64,000 nucleotides of DNA, taken from positions 13,516,001 to 13,580,000 of the forward strand of contig OZ024749.1 in NCBI GenBank assembly GCA_964016885.1. The letters run 5' to 3'. Under the pieces are notes generated by a model. It saw nothing but the letters and a program-made list of their open reading frames with translations. It ran no database searches and was not told the DNA's origin. Shown here in pieces: positions 44,370 through 59,112 of the stretch (position 1 is the stretch's first letter; each line of letters starts with the position of its first letter). The translations under genes and the position numbers were made by a program. Source of the DNA: Eledone cirrhosa (Eukaryota).

Positions 44370-44459
<90 letters not shown>

Positions 44460-44503
44460 ATGTGTGTGTGTGTATGTGTGTGTGTATATATATATATATA
44501 TAC

Positions 44504-44535
<32 letters not shown>

Positions 44536-44569
44536 AGGAATTTGTAATTTACTTGCAGCATTGTATAAA

Positions 44570-44618
<49 letters not shown>

Positions 44619-44985
44619 ATATACGCATATATTTTTACATAGATATATGGATATGAATATATATATATATATATATATATATGTGTATATATATATATAT
44701 ATACATATATACATTATATACATATATATATATATATAATATACATATATATATACATATATATACATATATATACATACAGTTATACATATATATATGT
44801 ATATATATATACACGCACATGCACACACAAATTTTTCCCTGCTCTTGATTAAATGGCACTGTGTGATCTGCTACTGCACAGACACCCAGCTGTGTCAATA
44901 TATATATATATATACACACACACAGACATATATATATATATATTTTTTTCTTCCTAATAATCGTCTCTTTCTCCCTGCTTTCATA

Positions 44986-45073
<88 letters not shown>

Positions 45074-45103
45074 TATGTATATATATGTATATATATGTAT
45101 ATA

Positions 45104-45199
<96 letters not shown>

Positions 45200-45257
45200 T
45201 ATGTATATATATGTATATATATGTATATATATACATATATATGTATATATATGTATA

Positions 45258-45339
<82 letters not shown>

Positions 45340-45357
45340 TATGTATATATATGTATA

Positions 45358-45429
<72 letters not shown>

Positions 45430-46474
45430 TATGTATATATATATATGTGTGTGTATATTCATATGAAATTATATTAATTCGATAAACCAATATAATAACA
45501 ATATAAAATATTAACAACATTATTAATATCTTCTTCCAATCTAGCTGAGATTTTATTTTTTCACCTCTATGATGATCATCATCATCATCACCATCATCAT
45601 CATATCATCATCATCATATCATCATCAACAACATTGCCATTATCAACATCATTATCGGCGTCATCATTAACATGATCATCATCCCCACCATCACCACCAC
45701 CACCACCACCACCACCACCACCATTACCACTACCACCCCTACAATAATTATAGCTACAACAACAAGTCCTCCTACTGACGATGATGATGCTGATGCTGAT
45801 GTGGCTGAAGTGCAAATGGATGTGGAGAATGTTGTGAAAGGCGATATACCACTGACAATTAGTCAATTATCTCCAGCTACTGTGACACTGTTGTAAACAG
45901 GAAAACCTCACACACGTCACGCCACGTCACGTCACATGATGTCAAGTAACGTCACATGACGTGATGTGACGCCATGTGGCGTGACAGCACGCCACAGCAC
46001 GACGTCACACCAAGTCACATCATGTCACATCACATCATATCGCATCAAGTCACATTTTCTCTCCAGGTCTGAACACATTTATTCCACAACCGAATAGAAA
46101 TAGAGAGAGAGAGAGAGAGAGAGAGAAGAAATGAGGAAGAGATATAAAGGAAGAATCGACCCCACTACTTTATTGGTAGTTTTTTTATCGACCTCGAATG
46201 AAGGAAAGGTAAAGTTGACCTCAGCAGGATTTGAAACCAGAGAGCAGAGTGCATATATATATATATATATATATGTAGATAAATCTACCAAGAGTTTACG
46301 GTAGTGTCCAATCCGTATGAAGAACTCAATGTAATCCGGATATCATGGAAAGAAGAGATGCAATGAAAAATCACTTTCGGTGAAAGATAAACGGAATACA
46401 GAGTCAAGATAAAATATTAAAAAAATAATGAATAAAACAATGAAACAGTTCCTTATATTAAACAAAAAAAGTTC

Positions 46475-46624
46475 ATTATTTAACGATCGTTTCTGGGATA
46501 TATATGTGTTAGAATTGGCATGTATATTTAACAGATCTATGTACAAAATTATACAAAATTATACAAACTATCAAAATTAAATATACATACCAACTCATAT
46601 ATATATGCCGTCTTCAGAAATAAT
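46475..46624 (-). ncRNA. Hammerhead with long stem II (family D)
   Basis: Minus strand: attattt CTGAAGA cggc...ccca GAAAC gatc GTT aaataat; inverted copy lacking CTGAAG at 48264-48463. Confidence 0.78.
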
Positions 46625-47268
46625 GAAATATATTTATTGATAATAACAACAATTCAAAATTACAGGTCTGTTTGGGAACAGAGTTCAAATTGCCCAATGG
46701 AAACACAAAAAGTTTATACAGTTAGGTGTGTGTATATATGTAAGTAACTTCGTTCACAGATATGCATAAAAATATATGTTCACATGCATACGCATGCCGA
46801 AAAGATGTATGTAAATACAAAAATTCAGGGCTAATGTCTCTGTATGTTTATAATCTACAGATAAAATACATATACGCATATAAACATATAAATATAAAAA
46901 TAAATATATACACATTCATATACTCACACATATACATACATTCACACACACACGCGCATATACGCATAAACATACACACAACCACGAACATACATACACA
47001 CACGCACTCACACACACATATATGTGTATATACTATTATCATAAGCATATGGACATTAATGCGCGCACATAAACACTGCCACACATATTTAGATCCAGAT
47101 ACAGAAAGAAGGGGGGGGGGGGAAGAGGTCAGTATTTACTGGTGTCAGCAAACTGCCTATTTATAAATGTATCTATAAATTTAGAAATAAAAAGAAAAAG
47201 AAAAAAGAAAAATATTAAGAAAATATATATATATATATAAACAAGTAAAATATAAAATATACATCGAT

Positions 47269-47335
<67 letters not shown>

Positions 47336-47536
47336 CATATACATACACATATACATAAACACATACATACACATACATATACATACACACACCATATATA
47401 TACACATACACATACACACAGGCGCATACATATAGAGACACATACATATACACATATAAATACATAGACATATACATATATACACACATATATATATATA
47501 TATATATACACACATACATATATACATACATTCACA

Positions 47537-47578
<42 letters not shown>

Positions 47579-47631
47579 ATAAATACACTCATGTATATAC
47601 ACATATACACATACATACCCACACGTATATA

Positions 47632-47665
<34 letters not shown>

Positions 47666-47666
47666 C

Positions 47667-47703
<37 letters not shown>

Positions 47704-47767
47704 CACACACACATGTACACATACACATATACACAAAGATATATATATATATACACACACGTATATA

Positions 47768-47818
<51 letters not shown>

Positions 47819-48110
47819 TATACATACATACATATATATACTCATACATAGACATACATATATACACACACACATACACACATACATATACGCATATATA
47901 CACATACATACACATCCATGTATGCGTATACACATACAAACACAACCACACGCTCACACAACTCAGACATACATAAATAAAGGGATATACATATACATAT
48001 ATACATATATAAATAGATATATATATACACATATAAATATATACACACATACACACACACACACATATATATACACATACATACATACATACATATACAT
48101 ACACACACAC

Positions 48111-48143
<33 letters not shown>

Positions 48144-48457
48144 CATATATATACATATATATAAAAATAAAAAAATAAAAGAAATAAATAAATAAATAAA
48201 TTAATACACCCAGTCAGACAAATATGCACACACATACACATATATATATATATATATACATATACGGCATATATATGAGTTGGTATGTATATTTAATTTT
48301 GATAGTTTGTATAATTTTGTATAATTTTGTACATAGATCTGTTAAATATACATGCCAATTCTAACACATATATATCCCAGAAACGATCGTTAAATAATGA
48401 ACTTTTTTTGTTTAATATAAGGAACTGTTTCATTGTTTTATTCATTATTTTTTTAAT

Positions 48458-48513
<56 letters not shown>

Positions 48514-48609
48514 AAAGTTCTATTTAAATTGTTGGGATACAACAAGCAAATATTTTTATAACTGATATAAAGCACTCAACAAATATTTGGAGTAAACTGA
48601 TCTATATTA

Positions 48610-48674
48610 TATTTTATCTGATGAAAACGCACCATAATTTAACTTGGTGTCCTTGAAATATGTATAATGAAATA
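48610..48674 (+). ncRNA. Hammerhead ribozyme (family B')
   Basis: tattttat CTGATGA aaacgcacca...tggtgtcctt GAAAT atgt ATA atgaaata. Confidence 0.8.
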
Positions 48675-48713
48675 AATATGGTTTTATAAATATAGTTTCC
48701 ATTTGTTAATATC

Positions 48714-48752
<39 letters not shown>

Positions 48753-48759
<7 letters not shown>

Positions 48760-48815
48760 ATTTCAAAAACAAATATCATCATGCAATAACATTTGTGTTT
48801 TCATCAGATAAAATA
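48753..48815 (-). ncRNA. Inverted hammerhead copy ending at the cleavage triplet
   Basis: Reverse complement of 48899-48962; the 3' strand of stem I is replaced by (TA)n. Confidence 0.7.
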
Positions 48816-48898
48816 GGAAGACATGATATGAAGGTTAAAAAACACTTGTGGATAGTGCAGTTTTTAAATCAACATAGATATGTTGGAAAATGTCTTCC

Positions 48899-48970
48899 TA
48901 TTTTATCTGATGAAAACACAAATGTTATTGCATGATAATTATTTGTTTTTGAAATGCGCATAATAAAATA
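48899..48970 (+). ncRNA. Hammerhead ribozyme
   Basis: tattttat CTGATGA aaacacaaat...atttgttttt GAAAT gcgc ATA ataaaata. Confidence 0.85.
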
Positions 48971-49093
48971 CATGGAACTCTTTTAACCATCTTTTGATCT
49001 TATATATTATGTATAATCCAGTCCTACAAACTGTAAAGTGCTTCTTATACGATATCTGCATTGCTTTATTGTACTACAATAAAACTCACCTCC

Positions 49094-49195
<102 letters not shown>

Positions 49196-49529
49196 AAAAT
49201 TTTGCTCTACATGGCTGAATACAGTGGATCTGCTAATATGCAGATCTGACTGATCAGCCAGTATGAAACAGAGATCTGTCAGCTTATCTCCCTTTGTTTG
49301 TTGAAAAAAGAAGTAAGTGACATAGACACTACTTTAAAACAATAGAGTAAGGTCTTCAAAATGTTTTTAATTAAGCATACAGTGTATTGCCAAATATACT
49401 CTATATACATTCATATATACAACGCTAGTTCAGAGCACCAATTCTAATTTTATATATATATATATAGGTGTGTGTGTGTGTGTGTGTGTGTACGTATGTA
49501 CGTATATATATATATATACGTGTGTGTGT

Positions 49530-49592
<63 letters not shown>

Positions 49593-49766
49593 TTGTAATA
49601 AAATGAAAACGAAATTTGATTTCTCACTCTTAGTACGGCACTTACGTGGTTGCCTTAACACCGTACGGCATAAGTTCAGGCTGTTCAGTTTGTTTACAAA
49701 CGAACAAAGCGGGCGTTATAATAAGCGTCCGCTAAACTGATACGTACATATATGTATGTGTACCTG

Positions 49767-49820
<54 letters not shown>

Positions 49821-50054
49821 TGCTACTGTACGTCTGTATACATATATGTATGTACGTATACATACATACTTGCATTTAAGTAAGTGTCGTACTAAGAGTG
49901 AGAAATGAAATTTCGTTTTCATTTTATTACAACTTATCGTTCTCGGTACGCCTGACGGAACTCACTCGATATGCAAATTAGGCTGCTCAGCCGCTAATTT
50001 TCATAAGGAAAGTATATACTTTCGAACGTTCAATCATCTGGCAGAAGGGTATAC

Positions 50055-50093
50055 GGTGCTGATGATAGCGAACAAGCTTGAAACTAGTACATC
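50055..50093 (+). ncRNA. Minimal hammerhead ribozyme
   Basis: ggtg CTGATGA t agc gaacaa gct t GAAAC ta GTA catc. Confidence 0.75.
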
Positions 50094-50250
50094 TTTCCTG
50101 TGTCAGTGTTGAACAAAAATGTGACGTGATTGCCTTAACACCGTATGGCATAAATTCAGGCTGTTCAGTTTGTTTACAAACGAACAAAGCGGGCGTTATA
50201 ATAAGCGTCCGCTAAACTGATACGTACATATATGTATGTGTACCTGTATG

Positions 50251-50309
<59 letters not shown>

Positions 50310-50362
50310 GCATGCTACTGTACGTCTGTATACATATATGTATGTACGTATACATACATACT

Positions 50363-50460
<98 letters not shown>

Positions 50461-50833
50461 CCTCCAGCTCGCTTTTCTCCCTATCCTCCTCTTCCTCCCC
50501 CTACCTATTGACACTATTATTGTCGATCTTATCTGTGACGTCAAATATTTTACATCAGGTTCCGTCCCTCCAATAACACTTCAAGACACTAAATCTGTTT
50601 CTGGTTAGTTTCCTTTAACATTCTCCAGCATTCCAATGGATATTTTAGGGTTCACTTAGCTCCCCTTCCTCCACCTCTTCCTCTTCCGTCTCTATCACTC
50701 TTCTCTGGGAAGACCACAAATCAGCGTAGTACTCCATCCATGGACAGACAGGAACACACATACATACACACACATATACATACATGATCATACATATATG
50801 CATACATGTATACATACATACATACATGCTTAC

Positions 50834-50864
<31 letters not shown>

Positions 50865-50983
50865 CATACATACATACACACAAATATATGTATGTGTATG
50901 TTTGTGTGTGTGTGTCTGTAAAAATGTGAGGTAGAGGGATATGCCTCAATGGAATGTGGTAGAACAGAGAGAGAGGGGGGAGA

Positions 50984-51055
<72 letters not shown>

Positions 51056-51544
51056 GAGAGAGAGTGAGATAGAGAGAGAGAGATTAGAGAGAGAGAGAGA
51101 GAGAGAGTGGCATGTATGTCTAAGTGGAAAAATGTCCGACCAGCGGTGATGTATTCCAGGTCGGACTTGTAGTTGTATTTTAGACTCTTCTGGTATATTC
51201 TAAACTGAACCAGACACCATTTTACTTACGCAACTACAAATCGTGTAATAAAACAAAAAAAAACAACAAACAAACATCCCAACAACCCCCACCGCGGCCA
51301 CCAACATCTTATCTTCTCTTCCCAACTCCGCTAAGAAAAACATAAAATCGTGTGCCAAGTTTAAAGTAACCAATCTAGAGAGGAAACCCTATTTTCTTGT
51401 GTTATATTTAACAGCTGTTATATATCCTGTGTGGTTGGCTATTGTTTTGCTTTGTTAATCCTTTCAAAAGATTTTTCTCTTCTCCACTCTTCTGCATTAA
51501 AAGAGTAAAAAGTAACTCTTATTGTTATTTTTCTGCATTGGAAT

Positions 51545-51930
51545 GGCGGGGTATTGGCAGTAGCGGTAGAGCATCAAGCACCATGCTTCACGGCATGGAG
51601 TTACGGTCCTTTCCGTTCGGATTTCAAATCCCGCAATGGTTATCTTTGCCTTTCATCCTTTAATCATCAATTTAATCGACTTTATCCTCTCCCAAAATTA
51701 TTGGCCTTGTGCCTAAATCAGAAACCATTATTTTTCTGGATTGGAAGAGAAGTGGATTGGCAGTATCAGTAGAGCGAGGGTGGGGGGCTTGTTGTTAGTA
51801 TCCATAGAACGTCGGACAGCATGCTTTGCTGCATATAGTTACGTCCCTTTACCTCCTGAGTTCAGATCCCGCCGTGGTTAACTTTGCCTGTCATCATTAA
51901 GGGGTCGATAAAATAAAGGACCAGTAACAA
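51545..51930 (+). mobile_element. Two diverged tRNA-SINE copies
   Basis: TTGGCAGTA...TTCAAATCCCGC...TTTGCCTTTCATC motifs. Confidence 0.75.
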
Positions 51931-52264
51931 ACTTAAAGTAAAAGGAAAAGAAATTCTCTGTTAAATTTATTTCTGTTAAAACTGACTACAATTTAGTTAT
52001 TTTACTGTCTTTAAACTGAAGGTGTAGAGATATATTTATTGTAAATAGTTCCTATTCATCACGAATAGGAACTACTTTATTTGTAGCTCGTAGCAAACGA
52101 GTGGGAGGGGGAAGGGAGAAAAGTGGGGGAGAGAAAGAGAGAGAGAAAGGGAGAAATAAAGGAAGAGTAAAAACATAATCTTCCCGCACTTTAATGGGAG
52201 TTGAGGTTAAATACAGATTGAAGTCTTAGGCATTTACTAATATTAAAGATAAAATAATCGTACA

Positions 52265-52304
<40 letters not shown>

Positions 52305-52652
52305 ATATGTATTGTGTGTGCGTATAAATATGTATATACATATAGGTATATGTATGCATTTATACATGCATGTATATACATATGTATATGTATGCATATA
52401 TTTGTATATCTATGTACGTTTGCATGTATATTTATTTATTTGTGACATCAAGTCTCACATTCTATGTAATCGGGACAACAGTTAGGTCGGCCTGTTTGTA
52501 CATAGGTTAGTCCCAAGCTTAAGAAAGCAGACACCAGTCTTCTTGTATTTTGTGACACATTAAGGACACATGCAGTCAATCAGGCAGTCTTTGTGGCTGT
52601 TGCTCATATATATATATATATACAAGTATATATATATACCTACCTACACACG

Positions 52653-52690
<38 letters not shown>

Positions 52691-52970
52691 AGCTGCTGTG
52701 GGGATAAAACGAAAAGAGAGGAAAAAATTTGTTTGCTGTCGTCTGCATGTTAGGTTTATTTTTTGACATCTAAATTGATGCCTCTGCACTCGGCTGCTAC
52801 GCCATAACATTTAAACGTGTTCAAAGATTAGTTTTAAAACTGAACTTGCAGGCATAAAATGGCACCAACATATTTTACTGCGGAGAGAGAGGGGTAGTGG
52901 GGGGGGGGGGAATAAAAAAACTATAGAAAGACAAGCGAGAAACAAAAGAACAAAAAGTAGTAGTAGTAGC

Positions 52971-53045
<75 letters not shown>

Positions 53046-53769
53046 TAATAAATAAATAAATAAAAAGAAATAATGGATTGAGGTTGTTAGTTGACAAAAT
53101 TGTGTGACAAGGGGAAAAAGATACGTGAATGTAAACAAAAACCTCCATATGCTGTAAGGACGGCGAAAATAATAAGCAGATTATGACCAGCTTTTGCATC
53201 TAGCCAGGAAAATACGAAATGTTTGTATACTGATAAAATACTATTTGAATAACTTCCCAATGAAATATGTTCTTGGGAAACTAAGAGAAAGAGAGACATT
53301 TGCAGTCAAAAGCTATATAACATTTTAACTGTCGACTAAATTAGATCAAATTCACCTAAAACGTCACTTCGTTTTAAATGAATTCATTTGATAATGAAGC
53401 GTTTTATTATTTCGAGGACTTGTTCACCTTTTACTATTATCTAAACCCCTAGAAGTGTTTAAAATAAAGAGAACCCCCTTCACAACATTGACTTATTGTC
53501 TTAACTTAGTTTTGGGGCTTGAAATCTGTAAGAGCAAATAAGCAGAAGGTATTTTTAACGTCAAAGCGACGCCATTTTTTGTTTCTTTTTCCGGTCGAAT
53601 CGAGAAGTTCGTGTGTTTATATAACATAAAACAGCAAACATAGCTTTAATTCTAGAACATCATTTCATCGTATCATAGCATCTACACACATACATATATA
53701 TGCATTCACACTCACGCACAAACATATATATATACTTATACATATATATGTATATTTGCATATATATAT

Positions 53770-53842
<73 letters not shown>

Positions 53843-53890
53843 TACGTATATATAAATACATATATATACATATATATATGTGTATATATA

Positions 53891-53977
<87 letters not shown>

Positions 53978-54095
53978 GTATGTATTGCTATATACATACA
54001 TACTCAGATATATGTATGTATATGTGTGTCTATGTCAGCTTGTGTAGCTGTGTGTATGTCTCCCTCTCTCTCTCTCTCTTTCTCTCTCTCTCCCC

Positions 54096-54139
<44 letters not shown>

Positions 54140-54458
54140 ACATATATATGTGTGTGTTTGTGTGTGTGTATGTCTGTGTGTGCATATGTGTATTGTGGGG
54201 ATCTTTGATTTAATATTTGTGTATATTCATTAATGTAACTTTAGAAATAATATTATTGTATGTAAAGTGTACACATGTAAGTAATGTGTATATACATGAG
54301 TAAATAGTAATATGTATTTATACCTATACACACATATATACGCTTACACTCACAAGCACACATAAGTACACATACAAACACAAATTCATACCCACAAATT
54401 TATATATGTATGTGTGTGTGTGTATATATCTATATCTATATTTATATATATGTGTGTT

Positions 54459-54587
<129 letters not shown>

Positions 54588-54763
54588 CTATATATATATA
54601 TTTATAAATATATGTGTGTGTGGCTATATTTAAACATGTTATTTGCTGTGTTATTTCTGTTTGTCGTTTACATGCTTACAGATATATATATATATATATT
54701 ACCCTAAGTATTGAGTACTTTGGTGCGTTATGGTCCACCTGGTTCCTTACCACATTTCCTTCG

Positions 54764-54876
<113 letters not shown>

Positions 54877-55213
54877 TTTGTATCTGTGTAAACGCACACA
54901 CTCACTCACTCACACACACACACACACATACACAAATACAAATACAAACAGACTCAGCGTCACACATATTATTTATTAAATTTTTAAAATGACCGCCGTG
55001 GTTAATATTAGCTCATGTTTCTAAGCGACGTTCTCTGCATGTGTTTATGACATATTTCTGTCAATTAGACGTAGACAAGAAGAGAGCAGATCATAAAAAT
55101 GTCCGTCTGTGTTTAAAGATCGCACATTGTTAGGCATTTACTTCAAAAGTCAAATATCAAATATATTCAGCTTTCTTATTGCTTACTAGAACTTTCTAAC
55201 ACGAACTACAAGA

Positions 55214-55296
<83 letters not shown>

Positions 55297-55487
55297 ATTG
55301 TTGTATTACTGTGACGATATGCTTCTGGTCGATTTATTCTTGGTGTCACTATTCCTTAACTTTTTGTTCGCTCTAAGTAGAAATATATTAATTCTTCACT
55401 CGTTGAGTGCTTCGAGACTGCCTTATGTGATTCGATTGTTCATCTGCTATAGTGTAGCTGCAACTTCGGTTATACTCATTATTTTAT

Positions 55488-55603
<116 letters not shown>

Positions 55604-55704
55604 ACATCTATGTATGTATCAGCCTATACATACATATAGATGCATACATATTATTGATATATATTGTACACATATTGGTGAAACAATAGTAACTAAACAT
55701 TGCG

Positions 55705-55795
<91 letters not shown>

Positions 55796-56299
55796 AGGTC
55801 ACGTTCCTCTACCTGTATATATACATAATAATATAATATAACATAATATAATATAATACAATACAATATATATAAATATATGTATAACAGGTTTTAAATA
55901 TGAATTGAAATATTCAGAAAAAGATCTCATTAATTCTTTGGATACGGAACCGCTTGGAACTGCCTCAGGTTTCACGTATAATCCAAAACTGTTTGTTATA
56001 AAATGTTTATATTTATCTAAAAGCCTTCATTCATAATTTGAATTAAGAACCTTTGTCAATATATGCTCCAAATGCCAGCTTAACAATGAGAAATTTATCA
56101 TATTGTAGAATCCTACCAAATCCTTAATTCGTTTCAACATTACACGAAAATCAATGGCAGCGTCTTTCATTATAAATTTGGTAACGAAATGTTTAAAGTG
56201 TTTATATTTAGTTAAAGAAAGTGTCCCAACAATATTTATGTAAGGCCCATTCTTAAGGCCTGTTCCACTAAGTTAATAATAAAATATGTATTCGTGCGT

Positions 56300-57858
56300 T
56301 CTATCGAATAATAATTATATTCGATTTGTTTGCAAACAAACAGCCTCACTGCCCTGTGTTGTTTAGATGACCATTGTCCTATGTTTAGATGACCATTGTC
56401 CTGTGTTTAGATGACCATTGTCCTATGTTTAGATGACCATTGTCCTGTGTTGTTTAGATGACCATTGCCCTGTGTTACTTAGATGACCATTGTCCTATGT
56501 TACTTAGATGACCACTGTCCTATGTTTAGATGACCATTGTCCTATGTTTAGATGACCACTGTCCTATGTTTAGATGACCACTGTCCTATGTTTAGAAGAC
56601 CACTGTCCTATGTTTATATGACCATTGCCCTGTGTTACTTAGATGACCATTGTCCTGTGTTACTTAGATGACCACTGTCCTATGTTTAGATGACCATTGT
56701 CCTATGTTTATATGACCATTGTCCTGTGTTTAGATGACCACTGTCCTATGTTTAGATGACCACTGTCCTATGTTTAGATGACCATTGTCCTATGTTTATA
56801 TGACCATTGTCCTGTGTTACTTAGATGACCATTGTCCTGTGTTACTTAGATGACCACTGTCCTATGTTTAGATGACCATTGTCCTATGTTTATATGACCA
56901 TTGTCCTGTGTTTAGATGACCACTGTCCTATGTTTAGATGACCATTGTCCTGTGTTACTTAGATGACCATTGTCCTATGTTTAGATGACCATTGTCCTAT
57001 GTTTATATGACCATTGTCCTATGTTACTTAGATGACCATTGTCCTGTGTTACTTAGATGACCACTGTCCTATGTCTAGATGACCACTGTCCTATGTTTAG
57101 ATGACCATTGTCCTATGTTTAGATGACCACTGTCCTATGTCTAGATGACCATTGTCCTGTGTTACTTAGATGACCATTGTCCTGTGTTACTTAGATTACC
57201 ATTGTCCTATGTTTAGATGACCACTGTCCTATGTTTAGATGACCACTGTCCTATGTTTAGACGACCACTGTCTTATCTTTAGACGACCACTGTCCTATGT
57301 TTAGATGACCATTGTCCTGTGTTACTTAGATGACCATTGTCCTATGTTTAGACGACCACTGTCCTATGTTTAGACGACCACTGTCCTATGTTTAGATGAC
57401 CATTGTCCTGTGTTACTTAGATGACCACTGTCCTATGTTTAGATGACCATTGTCCTGTGTTACTTAGATTACCATTGTCCTATGTTTAGACGACCACTGT
57501 CCTATGTTTAGATGACCACTGTCCTATCTTTAGATGACCATTGTCCTTTTGTTCTAGCAGTGACAGAAATAAACAATCGACAATATTGTTTCTGAGTTAT
57601 TGCCCTTTATCAATCCCTTGGTATGCAAATTAGGCTAATCAGACTATGTATACTTTAGAGAATATTATATGTTCTCAGGAGTTCTAGTGAGTGACTTAAG
57701 AGAGATACACAATCTTGACAAAGGGCAATAACCCAGAAACAATATTGTCGATTGTTTCTCTCTGTCACCGCTAGAACAAAAGGATGGCGATAGTCATCTA
57801 TAAATATAATGAGGCTGTTTGCTTGCAAACGAATCGAATATTATTATTATTCGATATA
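56300..57858. mobile_element. Fold-back/MITE-like element whose left arm hosts an expanded minisatellite
   Basis: Outer arms 56302-56349 / 57809-57856 and inner arms 57544-57613 / 57715-57785 are inverted repeats. Confidence 0.75.
56352..57546. repeat. 22/25-bp minisatellite (TTTAGATGACCATTGTCCTATG)
   Basis: About 50 tandem units. Confidence 0.95.
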
Positions 57859-58292
57859 TAATTCACAAATGCATTTACGTATCCGCTATGTTAGAGCGGC
57901 GAATCAAATTCTAATTTTGTTCATAATAAAATAGTTAGTTATATGACCAAATAATTTAAAGTGTTTATATTGAACTAAAATATCTTGCAACACAATGTAT
58001 ATATATGTAAGACCCTTTCTTAAATTATGTTCCAAAAATCAAGTTACTAGTAAAAGAGTTTGTTATATTACTAAATCCTTCCAAATTCTAGATTTGTTTC
58101 AGAAAAATGAGCTGAGTATTTCATTCTTAAATATGATAACGAAAGGGTTAAAAGCACATTGGAACCAAAGATGGGGTTTCGTGTCCCATGTACGTCAATA
58201 CTCGTCCTTTTTTTCCATTCAAAGGGCTTTTAAAATCCCAACTAACAGACTAATTCTATTTAGTCAAATACAGCGTAAGCGCATGTTACTAC

Positions 58293-58357
<65 letters not shown>

Positions 58358-58375
58358 ATGTGTGTGTGTGTGTGT

Positions 58376-58412
<37 letters not shown>

Positions 58413-58442
58413 CCTATATATATATAATTTAATGAAGACATT

Positions 58443-58588
58443 GCTTCTACAGAACTACAACTGTTTCCTTCGAATGAAACAGTTCTAGTCCTGTAGAAGC
58501 CATTTCTCTATTAAATTTTGCGCATACTCTACTATGTATTGAGTACCTAATTTACTGTAGATACCCCCGATTGAACCCGGGACTCATA
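58443..58588 (+). mobile_element. Fold-back relic with a hammerhead 3' half
   Basis: GCTTCTACAGAACTACAACTGTTTC cttcgaat GAAACAGTTCTAGTCCTGTAGAAGC; the minus arm reads GAAAC agtt GTA; relatives at about 18112-18190 and 36268-36345. Confidence 0.6.
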
Positions 58589-58644
58589 TATATGTATATA
58601 TACAATATATTAACAAATGGAAACTATATTTATAAAACCATATT

Positions 58645-58709
58645 TATTTCATTATACATATTTCAAGGACACCAAAGCAAATTATGGTGCGCTTTCATCA
58701 GATAAAATA
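58645..58709 (-). ncRNA. Hammerhead (family B'), left arm of a palindrome
   Basis: Reverse complement of 58781-58845. Confidence 0.85.
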
Positions 58710-58780
58710 TAATATAGATCAGTTTTATAAACAAATATTGACATGCCCTCAATATTTGTTTAGAAAACTGATCTATATTA

Positions 58781-58845
58781 TATTTTATCTGATGAAAGCG
58801 CACCATAATTTGCTTTGGTGTCCTTGAAATATGTATAATGAAATA
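58781..58845 (+). ncRNA. Hammerhead (family B'), right arm of a palindrome
   Basis: tattttat CTGATGA aagcgcacca...tggtgtcctt GAAAT atgt ATA atgaaata. Confidence 0.85.
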
Positions 58846-58975
58846 AATATGGTTTTATAAATATAGTTTCCATTTGTTAATATATTGTATTTTTACTCCA
58901 ATAATTTGTTGAGTGCTTTATATCAGTTATAAAAATATTTTGCTTGTTGTATCCCAACAAATTAAATATAACTTC

Positions 58976-59112
<137 letters not shown>

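Noticed and set aside
55303-55395. HHR-like GTGACGA tatgctt...aagta GAAAT at ATT
   Set aside because: C3 missing and stem I unconvincing; possibly a decayed copy but not supportable
56352-57546. CRISPR-like regular repeats (also 1890-2346 and 6010-6800)
   Set aside because: No unique spacers, no cas genes, eukaryotic context
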